The position numbers and the translations under genes were made by a program. The notes beneath the pieces are model-generated. The model was not told the DNA's origin. It saw only the letters and a program-made list of their open reading frames with translations, and did no database searches. DNA of 61,928 nt, counting the filler, from Basidiobolus ranarum (lineage: Eukaryota): the NCBI GenBank assembly GCA_040143965.1. It is 7 parts of 7 records of this genome, joined end to end, with 100 filler letters (N's around TTAATTAATTAA, not from the genome) between each part and the next. Parts side by side here need not be neighbours in the genome. Positions count along the whole stretch, not along the records: positions 1 to 8,783 come from JASJQH010000921.1; positions 8,884 to 17,659 come from JASJQH010000922.1; 5 more parts are not named here. One strand, 5' to 3'. Position 1 is the first letter of the stretch, and the number at the start of each line of letters is the position of its first letter. This document shows, one piece after another, positions 1 to 9,924 of the stretch.

Positions 1-1227
1 ATGGTTATTATGAGCAGCTAAAGTGTACATGTAGACAGCATTTTCAAGACTCTCATCAACTCCTATCCCATTTTGGTAACAGTATCCCAAAGAATGAAGA
101 GCGAAAATATTGCCCTGTGCAGCAGAAGCAGTATACCATTTCACTGCCTCCTTCACATCCTTCGCCACACCAATCCCGTTTTGATAACAGAAACCGAGAT
201 TGTGTTGTGCTCGGGCATGACCTTGAATAGCAGCTCGACGATACCACTGAGCACCTTGAAACTCATCTTTGGAAACGCCAATACCATTCTGATAACAATA
301 ACCAAGGTTACATTCGGCCCAGGGATAGCCTTGTTTAGCAGAACAACGATACCATTCGGCAGCTTTTGGTTGATCTTTATCGATTCCGATTCCATCTTCG
401 TAACAATAGCCTAGAGAGTTTTGAGCAAATGCGTTACCCTGCTCAGCAGAAATTCGATACCATTTAACCGCTTCCACTGGATCTTTCTTTACTCCAATAC
501 CATCTTCATAACAGTATCCAACGTTGTAAATGGCAACTGATTCACCTTGTTCAGCTGCTTTACGATACCACTGCATGGCCTCTACTTCATCCTTTTCAAC
601 ACCAAACCCTTCACCGTAGCAATAACCTAGTATTCCTTGGCCCCGGGGATGTCCTTGCTCAGCAGACTTTTTGTACCATTTAAAAGCTTCCACTTCATCC
701 TTCGGAACACCAATACCATCATGATAGCATACACCTAGACAGTATTGAGCGGCAGCATTACATTCTCGACTAGCGGCATGGAATAACCATTTAAGAGAAT
801 CCTTTCCTTGTTTCTCAATACGTTGTTGCCACAAATCAGCCTCAACCCAATCAATTTTAACGGATGGTCGACCATATTTACGTAAAAAAGTCAATCTAGC
901 TTGTGCCAAGCCATCTCCATATTCAGCAGATTTTATGTAGTTTGCCTCAGCTAATTTAAAGTCTCTTCTAACACCGAGGCCAAACTCATAACAAAATCCT
1001 AATACAGCTCTAGCTTGATGATTACCAAGCTCAGCGGAAAGTTTGAAGTACTCAGCAGCTCTACGTTCTTCTTTTCTAGTTCTACCTTTACCAAAGAAGT
1101 ATCTTTCTCCTAACTTGAATAAACGAGAACTTTCTTCGCCAGGAGACTTGTTCGAGCGATATTTCTTGTTAAGTCGTTCCAATATCTTCTTCGACCGGGT
1201 GACCAAGTAAGTGGTTATAGCCGTCAT
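1..1227 (-). CDS. Sel1-like repeat (SLR) protein, intronless, 3' end runs off the window
   Basis: Manual translation from ATG at 1227 stays open to base 1 (409 codons): MTAITTYLVTRSKK... It has about ten 36-aa repeats, e.g. AQYCLGVCYHDGIGVPKDEVEAFKWYKKSAEQG and AQNSLGYCYEDGIGIDKDQPKAAEWYRCSAKQG. Absent from the ORF track because there is no stop. Confidence 0.93.
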   Translation of the reverse strand, partial: MTAITTYLVTRSKKILERLNKKYRSNKSPGEESSRLFKLGERYFFGKGRTRKEERRAAEYFKLSAELGNHQARAVLGFCYEFGLGVRRDFKLAEANYIKSAEYGDGLAQARLTFLRKYGRPSVKIDWVEADLWQQRIEKQGKDSLKWLFHAASRECNAAAQYCLGVCYHDGIGVPKDEVEAFKWYKKSAEQGHPRGQGILGYCYGEGFGVEKDEVEAMQWYRKAAEQGESVAIYNVGYCYEDGIGVKKDPVEAVKWYRISAEQGNAFAQNSLGYCYEDGIGIDKDQPKAAEWYRCSAKQGYPWAECNLGYCYQNGIGVSKDEFQGAQWYRRAAIQGHARAQHNLGFCYQNGIGVAKDVKEAVKWYTASAAQGNIFALHSLGYCYQNGIGVDESLENAVYMYTLAAHNNH

Positions 1228-2282
1228 GATATCAATGTATTTGTATGTATAAGTAAATAAACGACTTCTTTCTAGTAGACAAAAACGTTGTTACAAAATT
1301 ATTGACGGTAGCGTCAACTTTAACTGGGAAGAAACAGTAAGAAGAACGAGTATGGTAGCAAAGAATTGAGTTTTAAAACGAATGCTTAAAATGAAGTAGT
1401 ATTATCTTGACTAGACTCCTACTGAATTCACAGTTTATCAGTTATTAATATCTTCGATTTCTAATAAGGATGGTTGAGAGTAGGGAGTAACTATATATTA
1501 GAAAATCTGACAACTCGTGAAGGATAATACAGTGTAGAAATGTAGGGATGGAAATAGAGTGTGGGTGTAAAGGGGGGCTTTTCAGAGTATGAGGGAGAAT
1601 AAGACTGACAATGGGAGCTATTGTGAAACCAGGTTGTTATGAAGAAATTTAGATCATGTAGATTGAGTAGACCAAAGCTATCTGAGAGCGACCAGGTCTC
1701 GAGCTGCATGAATTGGTGAATCAATTGATTTTTTAGCCAATATGTATAAAATAAATCCCATTACTATGTATGTGTTAATGTCGGCGTGATGGAAGGCATC
1801 TATTTTGTGTATAGACTGAGACGGTGTAATTATTAATCGCCATAGACACATAACATAATTATTAGCCTTGCCTATATCGGGAATTTCTCAAATCACTGCT
1901 AATTACGATGCAACATTGAGTGCAACCAACTCCGCACCCAATTTCGCTAGACAAGACCTGGCTCCTACTTGTCTCTATATATCTGGAACCTCTCCCTTAT
2001 ATACTTGTCATATGTTGCCTTCATACCATACAGTTTGAAAATCATTTCCACTTGTTTAAATGTTGCTTAAGAATTGGATTAAATAGACATCTTTCCTAAT
2101 CTAATGTTGATATCAAGTATGAGTCAATCTTAATCATAATGTATACTGACTGATACTTGTAATTAAACCTGCCACCATACCTATCCTGAAAAATTTCAAA
2201 TAAAACTAGGAAAGTCGATTAAAAGCATGGCCAAGACTCGGCAGTGTCCCTTTGAAACTCAGAAACAACAAACGGAAACAGC

Positions 2283-3800
2283 ATGTCCTTTTCCGAAGCT
2301 GAAAGAGAACAAGAAAAAGCTTTAGCTTTAGAACTCGCTACGACAGCTCCACAGTTCCCACTCTTTTGGCAACTAGGGATTCAAGATGCCTCAGCAGTGG
2401 TTGATCAAGCCAAATACTTGATAAGCGTAAAGAATACCGAATTCGATATGGTGGGTTTTGAAAGTTTTGATAAACTCCCCTCGACTGAAAATATCTATCT
2501 AGTCATTTGTCGCGCAATAGCTTACCCAATGCTTCGTAACGCACAGCCACAACGTCCTGAGCAAATCTTTTGGGATTCGAAAGATGACTGTGGTATATCG
2601 ATAAAAGAAAAGGAAGTCCTTTCTGCTCTACTGAAGGAGAAATTACAGATACAGCTCTCAATACAGTCAGCTCCTGTTGAAGCACCAGTAAAGGCCGTAC
2701 CAATTCCCAAGAGTTCACAGTCGAAATGCTATGTCTGTGAGACTAATCTATTGAAGCGTTTTTGTTGTAGCTATTGTAAAGCAGTGAAATATTGCGGGCG
2801 TGGCTGTCAAATTAAGGATTGGGAACAACACAAAAAACTCTGTTCCTTGTTGAAGAAAGCCATGGAAAAATCCAAAGAATTGGGAGAATTTCCATTTACC
2901 TTCACTAAAGAAGGATATTTCTCAGAAGATAGTAATCTGGCCCAACATGAAGCTCTTAAGGGCTTTTACGGAGAAGGATATTGGAGAGAGGAGTTTCTTG
3001 AAGGACTACCGTGTCCAATGAAAAAGGCCGAGTGTAAAATCACAGATCCTGTGAAATTAAGTGGAATCTCTAGTACATTGCTTCCCTTTGACAAACCATT
3101 TGGGAAATGCACCGGATTCGCTGACACACCCAAAGCAATACACAACTGGGCAGATTTTTACAAAGCGAGAGAAATCGTATCCTCTGATCCAATTGCCTTA
3201 CTCTTAACACATCCACTTACAGTATTTCACATAATCGCGCATTTATGTCGAAACGGTTACTCCACTGAAGTCTCAACCACGCCTGGCTCATATATATGCA
3301 TTCATCTGGTCAATTGATATCCACATCACCCTAGTATGGGGCCAATTTACCAGTCATTACTGCCGCTCTTTCCCGGTGTCACACTGGACATATTCATGAT
3401 ACACCAGGATGCTCATAAGCCCGACTCCCTCTCACAGGAATACAAAAGCGAACAATTCGCTTCATGTGTCCGAATCCATACAGTCCCTACGACCTACGCC
3501 AACTTCCCTATCGACCAATTCCCACCAGATGTTGTGATCGGTTACCAGATGTCTGATTTGATTTCGATGATCCATAGAGATGAAATCAGCAAATTGATGA
3601 GCACTGCCAAGAGAAATTTCTATGTTGAAAGTACTGAACTAGGCTGTCATATGGTGCGTGAATCTTTAAAAGCCTGCTTAGAGCTTACACCTAGCTTAGC
3701 ATGCACTAGCAACCCTTTTCGTCAGCCGTACCTGAGATTCTTACCTTCTCTTTCCGTTCCCTGCTACACAAATGCTTTTGTGTTGGGATATGGAAAGTGA
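2283..3800 (+). CDS. ZMYND15/MSS51-family MYND zinc-finger protein interrupted by one in-frame TGA (3315-3317); possible pseudogene or recoded gene
   Basis: MYND finger CYVC..CSYCKAVKYCGRGCQIKDWEQHKKLC; family motifs WADFYKAR, LLTHPLT, NPFRQP. ORFs 2283-3317 and 3336-3800 are in the same frame. Confidence 0.82.
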
Positions 3801-3911
3801 GTGACTTTAAATTTGATGTTTTCTTTATCCATTTGCAATATATTTTACGTTGACCAAGGTAAATCCATTTTTGAAGTTAAATCCCTTTATTAGTGATTGA
3901 ATGGCTAAGGT

Positions 3912-5431
3912 TTATCCCAGCATATCATCTAGCCAGGTCTCCAGGTCGTCCTCTTTTGTAGTGGAAGTTGCTTTGGGAGAGATCCCTTTAGATAAGCGTG
4001 GTATAGGACGTTGGTTTGTAGGAGGCATTTGAACTAAAGAAGATATCATTCATTGCGTTAGCTGAATAATAATGACCAAGCATTTGTCGATGTGTTCAAT
4101 ACCTGGTTTAGCATCCAGGTCATCAATTGATAGTAGAAAATCAAGCTCAGCATTTTTTGTCTCTCCTTGGTCTTTTTCCAGAAATAAATAAAATGAGCAA
4201 CGTGTAAGAGAATCTAAATCATTTACCTTTTGGATTGCTTGTAGAGGACAGACGGTTCTTGTTATCTATCGTCGAAAAGAATGTAAGTTTTGTAGACAAA
4301 GATTGGCAAACCATTGTGAGTTACCATTTGACGGCATTGAAGATATGTGACTCTGAGGTCTAGTTAAGGGTGAAGGTGTATGACTAGAATTCTGGATAGC
4401 AGTGACTTCATTTAGATTAGGTGAGATATTCTTGGATCGAGTCGGTAAATGAGTGGGTTTGATGTTTTGTGAGAGTTTATCAGACTGCCGAGGATATTCT
4501 TCTTCATTCAGCTCATCCTCCTGCATAGTATGAACATTTCAACATTAAAGATTCGATTCCTACCATTACTTTCACTCGACTTACATTCCATTCTATCTCC
4601 TCCTCAAGTACAAGTCGTTCACTTACTGCAAGTGTTCTTAAGGAGCTTTGAAGATCATCGAAATCAATGCTCATAAAAGCTTGATAATTCTAGAATACAG
4701 TGAAATCTCCATATCAGTGAAAAAGTTTGAAAAGAAAAGATTCGAAAGTCACTTGAAACAACCTTTTGGTTGGGTGCTACTGGCTCATTAGAATCCAGAT
4801 CGTTCCATTCCTTTTCTTCTTTGAACTTGAAGTAAGCATCAGCATCTAAGTTGTCATCTGTATAACGAAAAATTTCAATATAGTCGACTTTGTTAAGCTT
4901 TTAACAACTACCATAACCTGCTTTTTCTAATAAAGAAAGTAAACTTTTCATCTCCCTTTCAGCACTTTCCTCAGCCTCCACTTGCATTTCCTCTACGGAG
5001 AAAGAGATTGAATACATGTACACTGAGATAATAAACTATTTTATAAACCTTCAGCAGTAGGTTCTTCATATCGAGTAGCGTTACTTTGAAGTTTTCGTCG
5101 AGAAAAAGTGGGAACTTTCTCTAGATTTTCTACCTCCTCTTCAGACCCACTTACTTCCTCTTCTTGATTAGGTTGTCCAACTTGAGGTGGTCCTAGTGAT
5201 TTAAACTAGTATTAGTAAAAACCATTGACTATAAAGTCACTTTAATAAACTTCCATATACCACTTGTACCACCTCTTCCTCTGCCTCTTCCGCGCCCTCT
5301 ACCACGTCCACGTCGCTTTTCAAACCCTCTTCTATCTTTCTTTAAAACAAGATCGTCACTTAAAAATAAGTTTTGGTTACTTTCTACTAAATAGGGGTAA
5401 GTTGGAAAAAATAAAGAAAAGTCTACTTCAT
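3912..5431 (-). CDS. Aven-like RGG protein, multi-exon (start codon and exon edges approximate)
   Basis: Exon translations: RRGRGRGRGRGRGRGG, FSRRKLQSNATRYEEP, AYFKFKEEKEWND, IDFDDLQSSLRTLAVSERL, AELDFLLSIDD, C-terminal EDDLETWLDDMLG* (TAA at 3912-3914). GT-AG introns separate these blocks. Confidence 0.8.
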
Positions 5432-5878
5432 TTCATAGAGATTTTGGTCAGTCTTGGTTAAGAAAGAGTGAGATACTTTTATTCAAATTGAATTTAATCA
5501 TTCACATATTTAAAACCACGAAACTATTTCTATGCTATGTAGTGGCTTGGATATGTTGAAATTTTACGTTATCCTTAGATATGCAACATTGGATTTTTGC
5601 AAGCAATAAATATTTAGACGAGGACATAATATTCCTTGTTGAATCATTAGATTTATTGTTAATCAAATGGTTGAAAGAAACATTCGGAGACATTCAAAAG
5701 ATCATTTCCCAACAAAATTCGACAGAATATACTTTATTTCGTTTACAAAAAGGCGAAATGAAAACTTTTCCTGACGATATTTCGCAAAAAATAAAATTAT
5801 CTTGGTAAAAGATGAATGACTGGTTCTAGAAGTACATGGAAAATCTTAGAAGGGCTTGGGAATGATATGTGAGGATGT

Positions 5879-7366
5879 TTACAATTCATCGTGCTCGGGG
5901 TTCTCCTCAGCTTTAGGAGTCTCCTCCTCAGTCTTTTTAGGGGTGGCCTCAACCTTGTTGACAGCGTTGTTGCTCAAGAATTCGATGAAAGATTCTTCGG
6001 TTCTATCACCATCGTAGTCAACAATTTCCTTATCTTTACCAGCCTTGAAAAGCTTGATAGTAGGGAATCCTTGAATTTGGAATTCAGCGTTGGCTGGAAG
6101 ATCATTGGCAGTGGCATCCATCTTGGCAATGACAATCTTATCCTTGTGTTCGCTGTAAGCGGCACCAATCTTCTCATAGATAGGAGCCAAGTTTTTGCAG
6201 TGACCACACCAAGGAGCGTAGAATTCAACCAAAACATCCTTCTCTTGGTCGTAAACAATCTTCTCGAATTCATCAGCAACAACAACCTTAACAGGGGCAT
6301 CGTTCTTCTCGGGAATAGGTTCAGACTTGATGGAGGCTTCGATGTCACCAGCTAAGAAGCTCTTGACGAATTCACCAATGTTAGCGTTAGTGATTTCCTT
6401 GGATTGGTCGAAAGGATATTTGGCGTTGTTGATGGTGTTTTGAATAGCCAAAGCGGGCCACTCAGCCTTAAGGTTAAGGGAGTCGGCGTGACCGGCATAC
6501 TTAACAGCGTCAATGAAGACGAAGTTGATCTTGCCCTTTTGCTCTTTGGCAATAGGGGTAAGAGCCTCGGTAATGGTCTTGCGTTCTTCATCATTGGAAT
6601 AGAAGATGTAGGTGAGGGGAAGACCAGACTCAACATAAGTAGAGTAGTTCTCAGGGCCAATCTCGTCCATAAGAGGGACGGAGCTGACACGAACGAACTT
6701 GGCCAATTCTTCAGTGGTGATCTTTCCATCGAAAACATCCTTACCCTCATCGAATTTCTTGAAGAGGACAACACCGGATCCCTTGATGTCGAACTTCTTC
6801 AACACTTCAGGATCGACGGTAGCACCGAAAACGAAGTCATCACGCATATCTTCGGCAACTTGCTTGAGGGCCTTGTATTCTTCAGAATCAGCAGATGAGA
6901 AGAAACCAACAACAACAACATTATCGGAATCCTTGAAGGTTTCAATAGAATCAATGGTGACCTCGGAGAGGGAAGGGAGGGTTTGCTTCTTCATGTAGCT
7001 AACAATTCCGTCGGCCTTACGAGGACCGTTGTAGTCACTAGGGCTTCCTTCTCTGAAGACCTTCAAAGTAGGGTAACCAGTAACTTCATACTCTTGGCAC
7101 AAGTCCATCTCAACGGTACAATCGACCTTAGCGAGCTTGATTTCTTGTTCCTTGAGGGTGGTAGCGGCTACTTCATATTCAGGAGCCAAGGCCTTGCAGT
7201 GACCACACCAAGGAGCAAAGAACTCGACGAGGATAAGCTTCTCGGGGTCAACAGTAGATTTGAAAGAGTCCTTGGTAAGGGACAATACATCAGAGTCTTC
7301 AGCAAAAGCAAGAAGAGGGGCAGATAAAAGAGCCAAGGCTGTGACAAAAGAACGGAAAGGACGCAT
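5879..7366 (-). CDS. PDI1: Protein disulfide isomerase (ER), intronless
   Basis: Signal peptide, two APWCGHCK thioredoxin sites, a-b-b'-a' length (495 aa), C-terminal HDEL. Confidence 0.97.
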   Translation of the reverse strand: MRPFRSFVTALALLSAPLLAFAEDSDVLSLTKDSFKSTVDPEKLILVEFFAPWCGHCKALAPEYEVAATTLKEQEIKLAKVDCTVEMDLCQEYEVTGYPTLKVFREGSPSDYNGPRKADGIVSYMKKQTLPSLSEVTIDSIETFKDSDNVVVVGFFSSADSEEYKALKQVAEDMRDDFVFGATVDPEVLKKFDIKGSGVVLFKKFDEGKDVFDGKITTEELAKFVRVSSVPLMDEIGPENYSTYVESGLPLTYIFYSNDEERKTITEALTPIAKEQKGKINFVFIDAVKYAGHADSLNLKAEWPALAIQNTINNAKYPFDQSKEITNANIGEFVKSFLAGDIEASIKSEPIPEKNDAPVKVVVADEFEKIVYDQEKDVLVEFYAPWCGHCKNLAPIYEKIGAAYSEHKDKIVIAKMDATANDLPANAEFQIQGFPTIKLFKAGKDKEIVDYDGDRTEESFIEFLSNNAVNKVEATPKKTEEETPKAEENPEHDEL

Positions 7367-8247
7367 AATAATTGATATTCACAATAACTGAGAAGTGTAA
7401 GGAACACACTCTATCAGAACGATTATTTAAATGGAAAGACCCTGCTCAGATTGGCTACTATTAGACCCAACATCATCAGTGCGAGGAGAGGTTGATTTGT
7501 CAGGGAGCTTTGAACCAATCACTGCCTACAAACACAGAGATGTTTATTATCGAGGGTAGTGTTAAGCTGCCATTGGGTACTATTGCCTTATGCTTTCAAC
7601 GATCCAGAATGAACTACGTGGATTTCTGGTCCGATACTTTTGGTCGAGCATCCTGTAATATAACCAATACTTTCATGCCGACAGCCACTGTCGACTTTTA
7701 TATTTTAATTACCAAGTGGAGGATTAATTGCGCGACGAACAGGATAAAGCGTCGAGTTCTGTCAAATGGCATTAGAAATGCGCCTGTAAATTTGGTTAAC
7801 AATCGGTTTATTTTGCAATTAGCAAGCTAAATTACTGAAAATGAAATATATATAGAATAGTAGCGAAGACCAAAATGGGATAAAAGATATTAACCGATTA
7901 TTCAATTCTGTAACCATTGGATGTGTTAATAGAAAATTACAATCAATGCTTTGTGCTGTGCTTGTTATATTCAACTGTTTTGATCATACCTGGCTGCAAG
8001 AAAGTAAAAACCAATGGAATGAGATAAGGACAAGTATATGCAGGAGAGCAGAAGGGTTTCTATATTCCAGTTTCCCTTTGAAGACTCTATTTCAAATGAG
8101 CCTCTTTGATCAAGGAAAGGGAGAGAAAATGTTTTGTATAAAAAGCTACAAGAAACTTTTCGAGTAAATGAAAGTTCAAAATTGGTTTTTACAAATTTTG
8201 GAGTAAATGGGGTCGGTCATACTATCACAAGCGCTTTCTCATGAAGC

Positions 8248-8783
8248 TTAAGATTCTTGTTTGGTATCCAACCCCTCCATTATTGCAGGCTCAGGGCTAG
8301 GACTCTTTACTAATGTTCTAGTTTCAGGTAGATCCGTTTCGGAGCTACTAAATGATTCCGAGTCATAGTTACTACTGGGGTCTATCTCTCCATGAACTCT
8401 CATGTGTTGATGCAAATTGTCACTCCTGGAGAATCCTTTTCCACACTCTTCTATGGGACAAAGGTATGGTCTTTCTCCCGTGTGTGTACGAAGGTGTCTC
8501 TTTAGATGCTCGTAGCGTTTGAATCTTCTTTTGCACATACCAAATGTGCACATGTAGCTTTTTATTTCCCCGGTAGACTGTCTTCGAGCTGGCAAATATG
8601 TGCGATGATAAGGCTTTTCACTTTGATCAAATTGATACGAGGATGTGGTAGGTGCTGTCCACGTAGCATTACGAATCATGGTTCTGTTTCGGCGTTGTTT
8701 ATAGCCCATCGGACCTTTGAATGTGTTGAGTAAATTCATACCTGGTCTCATACGGATCACTTGATCCCATCTCGAGACCACAT
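8248..8783 (-). CDS. C2H2 zinc-finger transcription factor, probably 5'-truncated by the contig end
   Basis: YMCTFGMCKRRFKRYEHLKRHLRTH-TGERPY-LCPIEECGKGFSRSDNLHQHMRVH; ORF abuts the N linker. Confidence 0.88.
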
Positions 8784-8883
8784 NNNNNNNNNNNNNNNNN
8801 NNNNNNNNNNNNNNNNNNNNNNNNNNNTTAATTAATTAANNNNNNNNNNNNNNNNNNNNNNNNNNNNNNNNNNNNNNNNNNNN
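8784..8883. other. Artificial contig linker
   Basis: 44 N + TTAATTAATTAA + 44 N. Confidence 0.97.
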
Positions 8884-9079
8884 TTTCTTTTCTAGTTAAC
8901 AAATCCTCTTCAACAAAACCTTTTTCTAAATATTTTTTATCTAAATTTTTTTGTTCACCCAAAATTATTCTTTGGACAAAAATTTTATAAATTGAAACAA
9001 ACAGGTCGTCGAAATTAACATAAGGACAGATATAACTCCAGAACACAAAAAAGAGGAATTTTTATCCTCCAAAAATTGT

Positions 9080-9924
9080 GGTACCAGGGTTGGCAATCAT
9101 ATTTGTTAATGACATTGATTTCCTTGGGCTTATCAACTGCAGATGGGGCATATGCTGCTTGATTTACTCTTCCAGGGCACTAGGTGGTATTGAAGTCAAA
9201 CTGTCTCAGTTAATCATTACATCTTGTCATTTTTGTTGATAGCAATTTTTTAGTGCTGACATGCTTTGGAGAGGCATCCTCTATTTTCACAGCAATGTTG
9301 GCTCCTTCTTAGTAGTATTGCCAGACTTTGAGGCAATTAATAGTGGCAATTGTTTCCTTTTCATGAACCAGATAGTTCTATTCAGAACCATTTATCTTCT
9401 TGGACTAAAAGGCAAATAGGTATTTCCATCATAAGCAATCTGGAAAAAAACTCCTCCTATGGCTTAGTCTGAGGAATCATTAGTGAAAATGAATGGCAGG
9501 TTTAAATCTGTAATCTTTAAAGTTGGTAACTTGGCTAGTTCAAGCTACACAGATTGCAAGGCTTCTTGACATTAACAGCTAGTCAAACTATGATAGATTA
9601 GAAAGCTACTTGATATTGATAGTTTGAAATTAGGACACTTTCCTTGTTGGGCAGTTTGATCAATGGGACAGATATTGTGACAAATCCTCTATCAAATATG
9701 CTGTAATAGGAAACCATTCCCAAGAGAACAATAGTTCTCATATGGTGGATGGCTGTTTCCAATTCTGAAATACTTCAACTGTTTGGGGAACCATGGCTAC
9801 TCCTGAATCAGTGATAATATGTCCTAGATTTTCAACTCAGTCCTTCAAGATACCACATTTGCTGGGTTTTCCATAGAGTGGGTTTACTTGGAGTTTCTCC
9901 AAGACTTTCTGTACTTGTTGTACA
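9080..9924 (-). mobile_element. Degenerate Ty3/gypsy pol, RT C-terminus and RNase H (distal part of a split element)
   Basis: Minus-strand translation gives HVQQVQKVLEKLQVNPLYGKPSKC...LGHIITDSGV and LKITDLNLPFIFTNDSS; many stops. Confidence 0.75.

Noticed and set aside
56-414. Short ORFs listed at the window start
   Set aside because: Shadows of the minus-strand Sel1-repeat frame.
3309-3334. 26-nt GT-AG micro-intron removing the TGA
   Set aside because: Removal shifts the frame away from the conserved downstream domain, and it is shorter than the other introns here.
3801-3940. SECIS element downstream of the TGA-containing gene
   Set aside because: Candidate TGA..AA..GA arrangements have too short a stem or lack the 3' GA; not supportable by eye.
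5891-7327. Long antisense and alternative-frame ORFs over PDI
   Set aside because: By-product of strong codon bias in a highly expressed gene; no recognisable motifs.
8828-8839. Palindromic TTAATTAATTAA recurring about every 8.8 kb as a biological periodic element
   Set aside because: Always centred in 88 Ns; it is an assembly linker carrying stop codons.
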